Part shown: piece by piece, positions 38,004 through 48,322 of the stretch
How the letters are laid out: every line of letters starts with the position of its first letter
How positions within the stretch are numbered: the stretch's first letter is position 1
From: Spirochaetota bacterium
Lineage (GTDB): Bacteria > Spirochaetota > UBA4802 > UBA5550
Reading direction: 5' to 3'
Assembly: GCA_016933025.1 (NCBI GenBank)
Contig: JAFGBT010000004.1
Coordinates: 1,598-65,597 of the forward strand
DNA: 64,000 nucleotides
The notes under the pieces: generated by a model
What the model was told of the DNA's origin: nothing
The model's database searches: none
Seen by the model: the letters and a program-made list of their open reading frames with translations, nothing else
Program-made: the position numbers and the translations under genes

Positions 38004-38270
38004 TTAGATCACTTCGAGCACAATCGTGCCGGTCTTGCTTCTCCTGATGACCACGTCGGACTCCTTGCCCCCGGAAAGACGCTGGTCAGAAGACCTGAGC
38101 TTCCTGAAATCGCTCTTTTCCAGAAAATCCCTCAGGAGCTCGATCTTCTCGTCGAGCTCTCCTTCCACATCATCCGTGCTGAAGTACGTGTCCATGAGCC
38201 GGCTGAACTCCCTTCGCGCCTCTTTCTCTATGCAGTGATTCTTGAGATGAAGGTTGACCGCAACATTCAT
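38004..38270 (-). CDS. Hypothetical protein (88 aa)
   Basis: AGAGGGG RBS before ATG; codon usage like its neighbours. Confidence 0.7.
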   Translation of the reverse strand: MNVAVNLHLKNHCIEKEARREFSRLMDTYFSTDDVEGELDEKIELLRDFLEKSDFRKLRSSDQRLSGGKESDVVIRRSKTGTIVLEVI

Positions 38271-38469
38271 TGACCGCCCCTCTCATTTCATTATAATGAC
38301 AACGGTATGAAGAGAATATATTTTTTTCAATAAATAAAATTGTCGCGCAGGGCCAATTGGGCTTTTTCGCACATGGCCCGCATGATGAAAAAATAAAAAA
38401 AATTTACTTGCGTTTCCAATACCGATGCTGTTTTTTGACCGAAATTTCCGATAATTAATGTGACATAAC

Positions 38470-39623
38470 ATGCGACCAGCCAAAATCATAATATGCACGA
38501 TAATCGTGCTCGCGGCCCTTGTCGGAGCCGATACACAGCTCCTCTCATGGGGGCTCTTCAACCTCTTCACGGATACGGAGTTCTCCCGTGCAGGGCTTGA
38601 TAAAGTCGAGGCCTTCGACCCGGACCGTGACATCCTGTACCTTCCAGGACTCGGGAACAAGGACCTGTTCGAATCCTCCCGCGATCTTTCCATATGCAGA
38701 AATAGTGCGGTGAGAAAACATATATACCTCTATCTCACCAGTCAAAGGGAATACCTGATACGCGCCATCCAGCGGTCTTATCGCTACCGGGAGACAATCG
38801 GAGAAATCCTCAAAAAAAACCCGGACCTACCGGAGGAACTCGGCCTCCTTCCGCTCCTTGAAAGCTGTTTCGATCCGCATGCTGTGTCCTCAAGCAGCGC
38901 GGTAGGCCTCTGGCAGTTTCTGGAAAACACCTCGCAGACGCTCGGCCTCAGGAATAACCATTGGCTTGACGAACGGCGCCATGTTGAAAAGTCAACCGAA
39001 GCCGCGCTGCAACACCTCAGGAACATGCGCAAAATTTTCCATCGGTGGGACCTGGCCCTTGCCGCGTACAACGGCGGAGCAGGATATGTGAAGAGGACAA
39101 TGGATAAACACAGGATGAACGACTTCTGGGAACTCAGGAAGAACGGCCTCCTCCGCGCAGAGACGAGTGAATACGTCCCGAAGTTCGCAGCGCTTATGCT
39201 CATTTACACAAACCAGCGGCTCTTCGGCATCATCGACGAAATCAAGCAACCGAAAATACAGCAGACTGAATACATAACCCTCCGCCATCCGGTGGACTTG
39301 CGAGAAGTGGCACAGATCTCAGGAGTAGCCCTTCAGAAAATAAGGGAACTCAACCCGGAACTCAACTCGAATATAACGCCCCCCTCTATCGGGGAATACC
39401 GGCTCCGTATGCCGTCGGATGCCAAAAAAACGATCGAGAAAAGCGAGTCATACCTGTACCGGCGCAAGATCACCGGCGTAATCGAGCACCGGGTCAAAAA
39501 GGGCGAATGCCTCTCCTCTATCGCCCGGCGTTATAAAAAAAAACATCCTATCTCATACGCTTTAATGGCATAAAGAACCCCCACTTGCTCCAGCCAGGGC
39601 AAATCATTTATGTGCCGTATTAG
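38470..39623 (+). CDS. Lytic transglycosylase (MltD-like) with LysM domains; last LysM split by a frameshift at an A9 run
   Basis: LPLLESCF (catalytic Glu), AVGLWQF, LALAAYNGG; annotated frame stops at 39573, but the -1 frame from 39543 reads TSYLIRFNGIKNPHLLQPGQIIYVPY* (TAG 39621-39623), completing the LysM. Confidence 0.85.
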
Positions 39624-39650
39624 CCCTCTCCCACGGGGAGAGAGGTGGGT
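39624..39650. repeat. CCCTCTCCC..GGGAGAG hairpin immediately after the restored LysM stop
   Basis: ccctctcccacggggagagaggtgggt; related to the 10641-10670 hairpin. Confidence 0.45.
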
Positions 39651-39717
39651 TGAAATAATCTTATTGACAGCTATACAAGCTCTTGTTACAGAAACCCAAT
39701 AAAGAAAAGGTTTATCA

Positions 39718-40986
39718 ATGGATATATACCGGATAAAAGGGGGCAAAAAACTCTCGGGCGAGGTGCCCGTATCCGGCGCCAAAAACGCCGCCCTCCCCAT
39801 CATTGTCGCCAGCCTGCTGGCCGACGGCGAGACCATCCTCAAAAACGTTCCCGACCTGAAAGACATCCGCACCATCCTACAGGTTGTGAAGTGCCTCGGC
39901 GCAGACTATGACTTCGACACGGACAAAAACAGTCTCCGGATCAGGGTGAATACGGTCAAAAACAACGAGGTTCCCTACGATCTTGTTAAAACCATGCGTG
40001 CCTCAATATACGTCATGGGGCCGCTCCTGGCGCGCACAGGCGAGGCGGACGTGTCCATGCCGGGAGGGTGCGCTATTGGCGAACGGCCGGTGGACATACA
40101 TCTCTCCGGGTTCGAGGCGATGGGCGCGGGCATAACCCTGGAGCATGGCTACATCAAGGCACGTACGGACGCATTAAAAGGTACTGAATTCAAGATGCGG
40201 GGGATTTCAGTTGGAGCGACAGCCAATCTGATGATGGCGGCAGTGCTCGCGAAGGGGATAACGGTGCTCGACAACTGCGCACGCGAGCCGGACATAGTCG
40301 ACCTGGGCAATTTCCTCATCAAGATGGGGGCGAAAATAACCGGGCTCGGCACGGAGAGGATTGAGATTGAGGGTGTGAAGAAACTCCAGCCGGTAACCTA
40401 CCACGTGATGCCGGACCGCATCGAGGCGGGCACCTATCTTATCGCCGGCGCCGTCACACGGGGCGAGGTTAAAATTACGGGCGCAACGCCTGAGCACGTG
40501 TCCGCGTGCACCGCCACCCTGACCGACATGGGCTTTGCCATTGACTCCGGCAAAGACTGGGTCTCCCTGCAGCCTTCAAAATCCCTCAAGGGAACCATCG
40601 TACGGACCCTCCCCTACCCCGGATTCCCCACAGACCTGCAGGCGCCCCTCATGGCGCTGGCAACCACGATTCCGGGCATCAATGTAATCATCGAGACAAT
40701 ATTCGAAAACCGTTTCACTCATGTAGCGGAGCTGCGGCGCATGGGCGCGGACATCACAATTGAAGGTAACGTCGTTATCGTCAAGGGGGTGAAGGACCTG
40801 ATGTCTGCCCCCATAATGATGTCAGACCTCAGGGCCGGGGCCGCCCTGGTGATCGCCGCGCTGGCCGCGAAAGGCGAGACCGAGATACGGCGGATATACC
40901 ATTGCGACCGGGGCTACGAGCAGCTCGACAAAAAGCTCACGGCGCTCGGCGCGGATATCGAAAGGATCAAGGGCGGCGGGCTGTAA
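39718..40986 (+). CDS. murA: UDP-N-acetylglucosamine 1-carboxyvinyltransferase
   Basis: SGAKNAALP, MRASIY, PGGCAIGERPVDIH (active Cys loop), GFPTDLQA, FENRF. Confidence 0.97.
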   Translation: MDIYRIKGGKKLSGEVPVSGAKNAALPIIVASLLADGETILKNVPDLKDIRTILQVVKCLGADYDFDTDKNSLRIRVNTVKNNEVPYDLVKTMRASIYVMGPLLARTGEADVSMPGGCAIGERPVDIHLSGFEAMGAGITLEHGYIKARTDALKGTEFKMRGISVGATANLMMAAVLAKGITVLDNCAREPDIVDLGNFLIKMGAKITGLGTERIEIEGVKKLQPVTYHVMPDRIEAGTYLIAGAVTRGEVKITGATPEHVSACTATLTDMGFAIDSGKDWVSLQPSKSLKGTIVRTLPYPGFPTDLQAPLMALATTIPGINVIIETIFENRFTHVAELRRMGADITIEGNVVIVKGVKDLMSAPIMMSDLRAGAALVIAALAAKGETEIRRIYHCDRGYEQLDKKLTALGADIERIKGGGL

Positions 40987-41015
40987 TTATCATTCCCTGT
41001 TTTATCCCAAAAGAT

Positions 41016-41051
41016 GCCCGAAGGGGGGGATTCGCATCCCCGCCTTCGGGC
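41016..41051 (+). terminator. Hairpin after murA
   Basis: GCCCGAAGG-GGGGA-ttcgca-TCCCC-G-CCTTCGGGC, followed by a T-run at 41057-41063. Confidence 0.55.
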
Positions 41052-41121
41052 AGACGTTTTTTTATTCATAACCACAATCCCCCTGCCGATAATAAAAGCG
41101 ACATAGTACAAGGGGGACAAT

Positions 41122-41952
41122 ATGCTTCGAGGTATATACACAGGGGCGAGCGGCATGATAGCGCAGCAAGCGCGCCTCGATGTGGTAGCCAACAATCTGG
41201 CCAACGTTGACAAAACCGGTTTCAAGAAGGACCTGACCCTGTTCAAGGCCTTCCCGGATATACTGGTTCGCCGGGTGAACGACAACGGCCTTGGCGTGAC
41301 TCCTGCCGGCTCCTACGACACCATGCCGTACGTCGGGAAGCTCGGCACCGGCGTGGAGGTGAATGAGGTCTACACCGATTTTAACCAGGGCGCTCTCCAG
41401 CGCACAGAGAATGACTTCGACTTCGCCCTTGAAGGACGCGGATTCATGACCGTCCAGACCGAGCGGGGCGAACGCTATACTCGTAACGGCTCATTCACCA
41501 TCAACCAGGACGGCACTTTAATGAACCATAACGGCTACCCGGTGCTTGGCGAGAACGGAATCATCCGGGTACAGCACAACAATTTCATCGTGAACGAGCG
41601 GGGCGAAATCATCGTCAACAGCGCCATAAACCCGAACGACATTGCCAGCATGGCCAACAATGACTGGAGCCAGCCAATAGTGCTCGACCGGCTGAAACTT
41701 GTCGACTTTGAAAAGATACGGGAGCTCAAGAAAGAGGGAGATTCCCTCTGGAAAGAGACCGAGTTCTCCGGCCCCCCGGTGCCGCCCGGCAACCTGAAGG
41801 TAATCCAGGGCTTCCTTGAAAAATCGAACGTCAACATGATCCGCGAAATGGTGGATATGATAGAAGTGCAGCGAAGCTATGAGGCTAACCAGAAGGCGGT
41901 CACGACCCACGACGCCGAGCTGGGACGGCTAATAAACGAAGTGGCGCGATAG
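41122..41952 (+). CDS. flgF: Flagellar basal-body rod protein (FlgF/FlhO type)
   Basis: MLRGIYTGASGM, ANNLANVDKTGFK, YTRNGSF, QGFLEKSNVN..REMVDMIEVQRSYEANQK. Confidence 0.75.
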   Translation: MLRGIYTGASGMIAQQARLDVVANNLANVDKTGFKKDLTLFKAFPDILVRRVNDNGLGVTPAGSYDTMPYVGKLGTGVEVNEVYTDFNQGALQRTENDFDFALEGRGFMTVQTERGERYTRNGSFTINQDGTLMNHNGYPVLGENGIIRVQHNNFIVNERGEIIVNSAINPNDIASMANNDWSQPIVLDRLKLVDFEKIRELKKEGDSLWKETEFSGPPVPPGNLKVIQGFLEKSNVNMIREMVDMIEVQRSYEANQKAVTTHDAELGRLINEVAR

Positions 41953-41980
41953 CGTTAATACATTAAATATAATTCCTTCC

Positions 41981-42006
41981 AAGCGCGGTCCCAGGACCGC
42001 GCTTTT
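41981..42006 (+). terminator. Intrinsic terminator after flgF
   Basis: Perfect inverted repeat AAGCGCGGTCC-CA-GGACCGCGCTT running into TTTT. Confidence 0.75.
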
Positions 42007-42128
42007 CTCATATGGGCTTGACATATCATCAGAAAATCTGCATTATTAATATCGTATATACCACTGTTTATATCAGCCGACATTACCGTCAGGGCTCATA
42101 CCGGTAATCGAGAAAGGTCTATTGAAAA

Positions 42129-43460
42129 ATGAGCAGAAACAGCCTGCGAAGATTATGGAACAAACTGACCGCTCCCCGTGCCGGCTATCCTGATGAAGCG
42201 CGCCGCGAGCATATGACAAAGGTCATATCTCTTATTATGGGGATCACGGCATTTCCGTTCGGCATAATTTTTTTCATTGGGTGGCTCCTGAAATTTCTTC
42301 CACTTGATTCCTTCATATTTACAATTGTTATTACACTGATAATGATCTCCGGCTGGCAGCTCTCGTATCGGGGTTTCTGGAGACTGGCCGGATATTTCCC
42401 GCCGGTCATAACGTTTCTAGCTGCCGTATACGGCAGCTACATCGGCGGTCCCGGGGCGCCCGCCATGCTTCTGTACGCACTGTCAATCATGCTGGCCTCA
42501 ATGCTTCAGGGCCAGCGAGCACAATGGATCACTCTAATCCTGAGTGTGGCCGCCTATGCTGGAATCGGGACAGCACATATTCAGGGACTTATTTCCCCGC
42601 TTCGGACATACCAGACGGCTTTCCTGAATCGCCTCGTCATCATAACGGCTATATATGCGGCGCTGACATTGCTGCTCTGGTTCCTCACCAACCAGTACCG
42701 GAACACTCTCGCACATTCCCTCTCCACTGCACGCCAGCTCCAAGAGATAGCGGCAGAGCTAAAGGAGTCAAACCTGAATCTTGAAACTGAAATCGCGGAG
42801 AAAATACGGGCAGAAAACCTTATCATCGCCTCCCTTCGTGAAAAGGAAGTTCTCCTCAAGGAAGTGCATCACAGGGTTAAAAACAACTTCCAGATTATTA
42901 TCAGTCTACTCAACCTTCAGGCAAATAAAATCAACAATAATGACATCACCAGACACTTTAGCGATTCAATGAGCCGCATCAGGGCCATGGCCCTGGTCCA
43001 TGAGAGGCTTTACCAGTCTGAGGATATATCGGAAATTGATTTCGCATCATATATTAATACAATATCTCAGGAAATTTACCTGACATCTTCTTCTGCCGCC
43101 GTGCGCCCCAAATTGCTGATCGACACTGAAGAGATTCATCTCAATCTCGACCAGGCAATCCCGTACGGGCTTATCCTGAACGAATTACTTACCAATGCAC
43201 TTAAATACGCCTTTCCCGAAGCGGGGAACGACCACGAGATAGCCATTTCTCTTCATTCTGACGCGCGAGAGGGAATAATCCTTGGCGTCTGCGATAACGG
43301 CATCGGCATACCGGCGGATATTAATGTCGAACACTCGCCAACTCTCGGCCTTCAGTTGGTTATTCTTCTCGTCAAACAAATACACGGAACATATGAGCTT
43401 AAGCGTGATTGCGGGACAGCGTGGTATATTACTCTCCCCACAAAAGAAACCTCTTCATAA
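42129..43460 (+). CDS. Orphan membrane sensor histidine kinase (HisKA_2 type)
   Basis: N-terminal TM helices; EVHHRVKNNFQ; NELLTNALKYAF, DNGIG, TLGLQLV. Confidence 0.92.
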   Translation: MSRNSLRRLWNKLTAPRAGYPDEARREHMTKVISLIMGITAFPFGIIFFIGWLLKFLPLDSFIFTIVITLIMISGWQLSYRGFWRLAGYFPPVITFLAAVYGSYIGGPGAPAMLLYALSIMLASMLQGQRAQWITLILSVAAYAGIGTAHIQGLISPLRTYQTAFLNRLVIITAIYAALTLLLWFLTNQYRNTLAHSLSTARQLQEIAAELKESNLNLETEIAEKIRAENLIIASLREKEVLLKEVHHRVKNNFQIIISLLNLQANKINNNDITRHFSDSMSRIRAMALVHERLYQSEDISEIDFASYINTISQEIYLTSSSAAVRPKLLIDTEEIHLNLDQAIPYGLILNELLTNALKYAFPEAGNDHEIAISLHSDAREGIILGVCDNGIGIPADINVEHSPTLGLQLVILLVKQIHGTYELKRDCGTAWYITLPTKETSS

Positions 43461-43549
43461 AGGCATAGTTATCGCCACTGATAAGCGGGACGTCAATTCT
43501 ACAGGGCCAATTATACATCCGGAATCAATATGTCGGTAATGAAAGAATA

Positions 43550-44197
43550 TCATGCTTTTCTGATAAAATATATCAGCAGAATTATGACCGGCACTGTCAA
43601 AGCAGCGAGAAGTGTATACTCCTCTTGAAATATTGAAGGCCGATAAATTACCGCTCCTGCCATTCCAGCCAGCGCCCCCCCGATATGGGCTTCATGACCG
43701 ATAATTGAACCTTTCCTGCCTATACCGTACAGCGAAATTGCCATGAAAAGGATAGCATAAACCCACGAGGGTAGAGCAATTGGCAAGGGAAAGACATATA
43801 TGCTCCCACCAGGCAGGAGGAATATCGACGCAAAAATAATCCCGCAGACTGCACCGGACGCGCCCACTGCCCGATATCCGGGCTCGTTTCGTTTGATTGC
43901 AAGGGCCGTGAGGTCGCCTGCAATGGCTGCACTAAAGTATATTATGGCAACCAGGCCAGGACCCAATCGCTGTTCCAATAGAATTCCGAAAGAATAAAGG
44001 CTTATCATGTTAAAAAGCAGGTGTGTCCAGTCTGCATGAAAAAACTGTGATGTCATCAGACGATAGAGATTCTTATCGCCCAGAATGCCTGTCACAGAAA
44101 ACAGGTATTTTTCCATAAGATCTTTCCGACCAAAACCAATAATAGACACAACAGCAGTAATGGCGATGATTCCCCATGTAAAAAAATTGAGGTTCAT
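43550..44197 (-). CDS. Rhomboid intramembrane serine protease
   Basis: FFHADWTHLLFNM, GASGAV (Ser), HEAHIGG (His). Confidence 0.93.
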   Translation of the reverse strand: MNLNFFTWGIIAITAVVSIIGFGRKDLMEKYLFSVTGILGDKNLYRLMTSQFFHADWTHLLFNMISLYSFGILLEQRLGPGLVAIIYFSAAIAGDLTALAIKRNEPGYRAVGASGAVCGIIFASIFLLPGGSIYVFPLPIALPSWVYAILFMAISLYGIGRKGSIIGHEAHIGGALAGMAGAVIYRPSIFQEEYTLLAALTVPVIILLIYFIRKA

Positions 44198-44198
44198 G

Positions 44199-45200
44199 TC
44201 ATACAGGCTTCGTACCGGTCATCAAATCATTCTCCATTCCCGTGGGGATTCTCCTGATATCCACACATCCCGCATTTTCCAGCCATTCCTTCATCTCATT
44301 CTCTGTATATGTATCGCCGCTTTTGGTATTCACCAGCATGTTCAGTGAGAAGAGAGCGCCTCTCAGAGGCGCGGTTCTATCCTCCTCCATAATATGGTCC
44401 TGAATGATGATTCTTCCCATGGGATTCAGCGACTCGAATGCCTTTTTCATTAGCGCCCGGTTCTCCTCGTATGAATTTATATGCACGATGGCGGACATGA
44501 AAATCAAATCATACCCGTAACCGAAATCGTCTTTATTGTAATCCCCTTCTTTTGTGCCGATACGGCTTGCCAGACCGCTTTCAGTAATATATCTACGCGT
44601 TAGATCAATTACGTTCGGCAAATCCAGAACAACAGCATGCAGATCCGGCTTTAATCGCGCGAAGGCCATTGAATAAACCCCCGAACCGCCCCCAATGTCG
44701 AGCAGTTTTGCAACACCGGTTATATCGATATGCGAAACAAGCATATCTGCAGTTTTTTTTGCCCTATGATGCATGGATGCAATAAAGCGCTCGAGCGAGG
44801 TCTCGTCATATTCTCTTGCGGTAACGGATCTTCCTTCCAGAACGGCATCCGTTAATGTCCCCCAACTTCGGTACATATTAAGCATATGGCCAATGCGCGC
44901 CAGGTAGTTCTCCGAGCCTTTAGCAAGGTAACGTAACGAAATATCAGTATTGAAAAAAAATTCCTCTTTCTTTACCATCAAACCCATCGCACACAACGCA
45001 TTAAGTAACCGTTCGGTTGACTTCGCATTCGCACCTGTTTTACGCGCAACATCCTCAGCAGATAGAGCAACCTTCCCAATGGAGGTAAATACATCCAACT
45101 CGAAGGCAGTCAGTATTATCCTGCTTTTTTGATAGCCGGCAGCCATTTCAATTATCTGTTCGGGGGTAGTTATCGCCTGTCCAAATGATTCATGTGCCAT
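44199..45200 (-). CDS. SAM-dependent O-methyltransferase (family 2, with dimerisation domain)
   Basis: N-terminal wHTH dimerisation domain; LLDIGGGSG; GDYNKD; SAIVH. Confidence 0.88.
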   Translation of the reverse strand: MAHESFGQAITTPEQIIEMAAGYQKSRIILTAFELDVFTSIGKVALSAEDVARKTGANAKSTERLLNALCAMGLMVKKEEFFFNTDISLRYLAKGSENYLARIGHMLNMYRSWGTLTDAVLEGRSVTAREYDETSLERFIASMHHRAKKTADMLVSHIDITGVAKLLDIGGGSGVYSMAFARLKPDLHAVVLDLPNVIDLTRRYITESGLASRIGTKEGDYNKDDFGYGYDLIFMSAIVHINSYEENRALMKKAFESLNPMGRIIIQDHIMEEDRTAPLRGALFSLNMLVNTKSGDTYTENEMKEWLENAGCVDIRRIPTGMENDLMTGTKPV

Positions 45201-45368
45201 TTTCTCCTCACATTAATGAATTTTTACACATTGACATTCATTATTTCTTATCAATAACTGTATTAATATTAATTATTACAATAAAATAATCGTTGTGATA
45301 AAAAAATTTATAATTTTAATAATTTCATTCGTATTACATTTATCAACAATAAAATTGGACAGATAAAT

Positions 45369-45815
45369 ATGAAGACAACACTTAATATCCACACTAAAAT
45401 TTTAGAACAAATTGCTTGTGCAGCGCAAATACGGGGTATTTCACGATCCGAAATAATAATACTACTAATTAAACATTATATGAACTATATTCCAAATCCA
45501 GGGTGTTTAGGCTCCCTTGTTCGCTATCAAAAAAAGAGCAAGCCAGTTAATTGGCACAAATTCCATATCAAATTACGTGTAGATGATTATGAATTTTTTC
45601 TTGATCTCAGAAAACTCCTTAAGATGTCAGTATCATTGATTCTCGAGCAGGCAGTTCAGAGATTTTTACCCAAACTATTGAAAATGAATACTATATATAA
45701 TCACCAAAGAAAAAATTATATGATTTCGAAGGAAATCACTAATGGGATAACAAGCTGGAAATTCACCTGGGGTTTCCCAATTCACATAGGAAAAATATTT
45801 GCACTTCGATGCTGA
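45369..45815 (+). CDS. Hypothetical RHH-like protein (resembles the spirochaete DUF1564-type family)
   Basis: RGISRSEII..L, VRYQ, W.KFHIKLRVDDYEFFLDLRKLLKMSVS; AT-rich. Confidence 0.45.
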   Translation: MKTTLNIHTKILEQIACAAQIRGISRSEIIILLIKHYMNYIPNPGCLGSLVRYQKKSKPVNWHKFHIKLRVDDYEFFLDLRKLLKMSVSLILEQAVQRFLPKLLKMNTIYNHQRKNYMISKEITNGITSWKFTWGFPIHIGKIFALRC

Positions 45816-46384
45816 ACAAAAATATTTATCCTATCCTCTGCATTGACGGACAATTTCATGCAGGTAGGCACGATAGCACCTGTTTGCCTGAGCTTCTGAT
45901 GCATGTTCCAGTATAAAATGGATTGTATCCGCATCTTCACGGTTGAAAATGATACGATCACATGCATCCATGATATGAATAATAGTATTTTTTTTTAACA
46001 TGGCGGCCAACTTCCGTCCTATCTATAAAAAGAATCGGTATGGTCGCCTATAAATATCAGCCAATTTATTCCCTATGGTAAAAATATAACCTCATTCAAT
46101 AACAGTGTCTTTTAAGCTTAAGATAGGAATTGACCATGCTGTCAATCACCATGAGATAATTCGGCACAACTATTGTATATAGACCTCTAATGATCATATG
46201 CATTAACACCCAAGAAACCCTAACCCTGATACCCATGCCATATATCATGGCCCATTAATTGATAGTTAATGTAAGACAGGCGATAACTATCCTCGCCAAC
46301 TAAATTGGAGGACATTCATAAGGATTATGATATGTTATTTACGCCGTGATAATAACTTTTCACTCTGGCTTTACCATGGGGGCT

Positions 46385-47032
46385 TCATTCCCAAAGGCAA
46401 ATTTTCCAGCCGTATTGTCGCGCAAAGCGTTCCAGTTTTCGATCCGGGTAGACACAGACCGGTGTTCCAACAACCTCCAAGACCGGGAGATCGGCTATCG
46501 AATCAGCATAATAATATGCCTCTTCAAGTGATAAGCCATGTTCAAAGCAATATTTCTTAGCGCGTTTCAGCTTTTCCTGACCATGGCAATAGGCTCCCTT
46601 CAGTCTGCCAGTAATTTTTCCATCGACAATCTCAAGCTCGGTGCAAATGACATCATCCATGTTAAGAACTCCCCTGATATGTTCACATATGGCGACAGAT
46701 GACGCGGATAGGATAACGGTGCGGACTCCATGTTCTCTGTAAAATTCAATTTCATCTCGAGCGCCATCCCGAATATATTTCTCCAGCTCTTTACCCCATT
46801 CGGCAGCAAGAGGCTCCATAACCTCGACAGGAAGCCCCCTGTACCAACCAGTCCATACGGCCACCGCCGCATCGGCACTCATCAGGCCGGCGCGGTAAAG
46901 AATTGTAATGATGACCGCCTGCAAGGACTGTAGGGAACCAATAATTCCACGTTCGCGTGAGCCGCGAAACATAACCTCGCCGCTTGAAATGCTAAGAATT
47001 GTATGATCAAGATCGAAAAATGCTACCTGCAT
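46385..47032 (-). CDS. HAD-IB family hydrolase
   Basis: FFDLDHT, ILSAS, GQEK, YADSIADLP. Confidence 0.9.
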   Translation of the reverse strand: MQVAFFDLDHTILSISSGEVMFRGSRERGIIGSLQSLQAVIITILYRAGLMSADAAVAVWTGWYRGLPVEVMEPLAAEWGKELEKYIRDGARDEIEFYREHGVRTVILSASSVAICEHIRGVLNMDDVICTELEIVDGKITGRLKGAYCHGQEKLKRAKKYCFEHGLSLEEAYYYADSIADLPVLEVVGTPVCVYPDRKLERFARQYGWKICLWE

Positions 47033-47098
47033 TATCCTTTCTCCCGGGAAAACATTACTGCCGTATTACGCGAAAAAGAGCGATTGTTATCGCCTGTT

Positions 47099-48292
47099 TT
47101 AAATATTAATCGGCCGGCCTTGCTGTTTCTCGCTATCCCAGTAGGGAGAGATATCAAGAAGCCTGTTCACCACTCCCGGCATTACGGCCAAAACATGGTC
47201 GATATCCTTATCCGTTGTGAAGCGGCTCAGGCTGAAGCGGATCGATCCGTGCGCGGAAGTAAAGGGAACGCCCATGGCCCGAAGTACATGGGAGGGCTCC
47301 AGCGACCCCGATGAGCAGGCTGAACCGGATGACGCCGCTATCCCCCTCTCATCAAGGTACAATAATACCGCCTCGCCTTCGATATATTCAAACCCGATGT
47401 TAGTAGTGTTCGGTACCCGGCGAGTCTTATCTCCATTAAGATGTGAATTCTTGAATGCCCCCAATATACCGTCCTCGAGCCTGTTGCGCATCATCCTCAC
47501 TTTCGTGTCGTAATCGCGAAGGTGCATCTTCGCCAGCTCAGCCGCAGTACCGATGCCAATTATGCCGGGAACGTTCTCCGTACCCGGTCGTCTTCCTTTC
47601 TCCTGGTGCCCGCCGTAGAGTATGGGCCGGAACCTGGTGCCACGCCGCACATAAAGTGCGCCGATCCCCTTTGGCCCATGGAACTTGTGCCCGGATATGG
47701 TGAGCAAATCGCACTGGATTGCGTTAACATCGATCGGAATCTTGCCGGCTGCCTGGACCGCATCAACGTGAAACGGCACGCCCCGTTCTTTCAGGAACAC
47801 CCCAATCTCCCCGACCGGGAAGATAACGCCGGTCTCGTTATTGGCATACATGATCGAAACCACGGCTGTGTCGTCGTCGACTGATTCCTTCAGCAGACCC
47901 ATGTCGAGATTTCCATCCCGGTCCACCGGCACATATGTGACCCGGTAGCCGTCTTTTTCAAGTTTCTTGCAGAGCGATATCACGGCCGGGTGCTCTACCC
48001 TGGAAGTGATGATGTGTCGTCTGTTTCTATAGTACGCGAGCGAGCCCAGAATAGCCATGTTGTCGCTCTCGGTGCCGGTCCCGGTGAACACGATCTCGTA
48101 GTCGTTTTCCGCGCCGATGAATTCAGCGACCTGTATCCTGGCGCGGGCCACATCTTTGCCGACGGATCCGCCGAAGCCGTGCATGCTCGACGGGTTACCG
48201 TAACGCTCTTTCATGAACGGCAGCATCGCGTCGAGCACCTCCGGCGCGATCATCGTGGTGGCGTTATTGTCAAGATAAACGGTTTTATCCAT
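47099..48292 (-). CDS. nifS: Cysteine desulfurase
   Basis: YLDNNATT, HVDAVQ, SGHKFHGPKG, SSGSACSSG. Confidence 0.95.
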   Translation of the reverse strand: MDKTVYLDNNATTMIAPEVLDAMLPFMKERYGNPSSMHGFGGSVGKDVARARIQVAEFIGAENDYEIVFTGTGTESDNMAILGSLAYYRNRRHIITSRVEHPAVISLCKKLEKDGYRVTYVPVDRDGNLDMGLLKESVDDDTAVVSIMYANNETGVIFPVGEIGVFLKERGVPFHVDAVQAAGKIPIDVNAIQCDLLTISGHKFHGPKGIGALYVRRGTRFRPILYGGHQEKGRRPGTENVPGIIGIGTAAELAKMHLRDYDTKVRMMRNRLEDGILGAFKNSHLNGDKTRRVPNTTNIGFEYIEGEAVLLYLDERGIAASSGSACSSGSLEPSHVLRAMGVPFTSAHGSIRFSLSRFTTDKDIDHVLAVMPGVVNRLLDISPYWDSEKQQGRPINI

Positions 48293-48322
48293 ATCCGCAT
48301 TTACCTCTCCCCTCTGGTACTA

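Noticed and set aside
45167-45180. TAGTTATCGCCTGT inside the methyltransferase 5' end (and GATAACTATCG at 63483) as repeat copies
   Set aside because: Both are within coding frames and partial; they could be chance matches, so they are not counted
46129-46146. ATTGAC-N6-GTCAAT palindrome as an FNR/CRP-type site
   Set aside because: Single occurrence, spacing differs from FNR (N4), and no gene start nearby
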